NCBI RefSeq assembly: GCF_009914755.1
Contig: NC_060936.1
Source of the DNA: the human T2T-CHM13v2.0 reference genome, Homo sapiens
Direction: 5' to 3' (one strand)
DNA length: 64,000 bases
Below are positions 63,611 through 64,000 of the stretch, one piece after another; position 1 is the first letter of the stretch, and each line of letters begins with the position of its first letter. The position numbers were made by a program, and so were the translations under genes. The notes under the pieces were generated by a model that was given only the letters and a program-made list of their open reading frames with translations, did no database searches and was not told where the DNA came from.

Positions 63611-63799
63611 GCGGAGTAGTCCCAAAGAGAAGTCAATATGAGCATCCCAGCAATCCTACAAAATGATTTTTGAAGCTCCTTTGATCAGAAATATCTCCCT
63701 ATCTCAGTGCTTGGAATTTCATTATAAATGTCTTGGCTTAAAGCAATAGTGGAGAAAGACACTCACCTGAGAGGGATCGTAGGCTCAGAATATTCTAGT

Positions 63800-63968
63800 C
63801 CAAGCCTTTTCGAACTTTAAAGTGCATGTGGGTTACCTGGGAATCATGTTAAAATGCAGATTGGGATTCATTGGCCTGGGCTGGGGCCTGAGAATCTGAA
63901 TTTCTAGCAAGTTCCGGGCTAATCCAGATGCTTCTGTAGCACAGGCCACAGTTCAGGTAATGAGGCCC
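63800..63968. mobile_element. MER5A
   Basis: cctgggaatcatgttaaaatgcagatt..ggctggggcctgagaatctgaatttctagcaagttcc. Confidence 0.75.
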
Positions 63969-64000
63969 TAGGGATCTTGCTACATCTCATAAAACCAGTT

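Overview
This is primate (human-like) non-coding genomic DNA, either intergenic or deep intronic. I cannot name the locus from the sequence alone. I found no host protein-coding exon, tRNA, rRNA or CpG island that I can support, and no evidence of a new biological system. The long ORFs come from simple repeats (AT VNTR, TG repeat, CAT repeat) or from L1 ORF2 remnants. A large share of the window is transposon-derived: about a dozen Alu/FLAM copies, two L1PA4-6-like 3' ends, an L1PA16-like ORF2 fragment, old L1M/L2/MIR pieces, MaLR/ERVL LTRs and hAT/TcMar MITEs. Repeat family names come from my recall of consensus sequences, not from a RepeatMasker run, and boundaries are approximate unless TSDs are given. 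The most unusual structures are: (1) a 1.4-kb quasi-palindromic AT-rich VNTR bracketed by inverted flanks (PATRR-like); (2) an old, order-swapped templated copy of two upstream blocks inserted inside an MLT1 LTR; (3) a 540-bp phase-intact CAY repeat with a 192-bp higher-order duplication that reads as a poly-His ORF; (4) fold-back and nested transposon structures. Several repeat-free, motif-dense islands are candidate enhancers.
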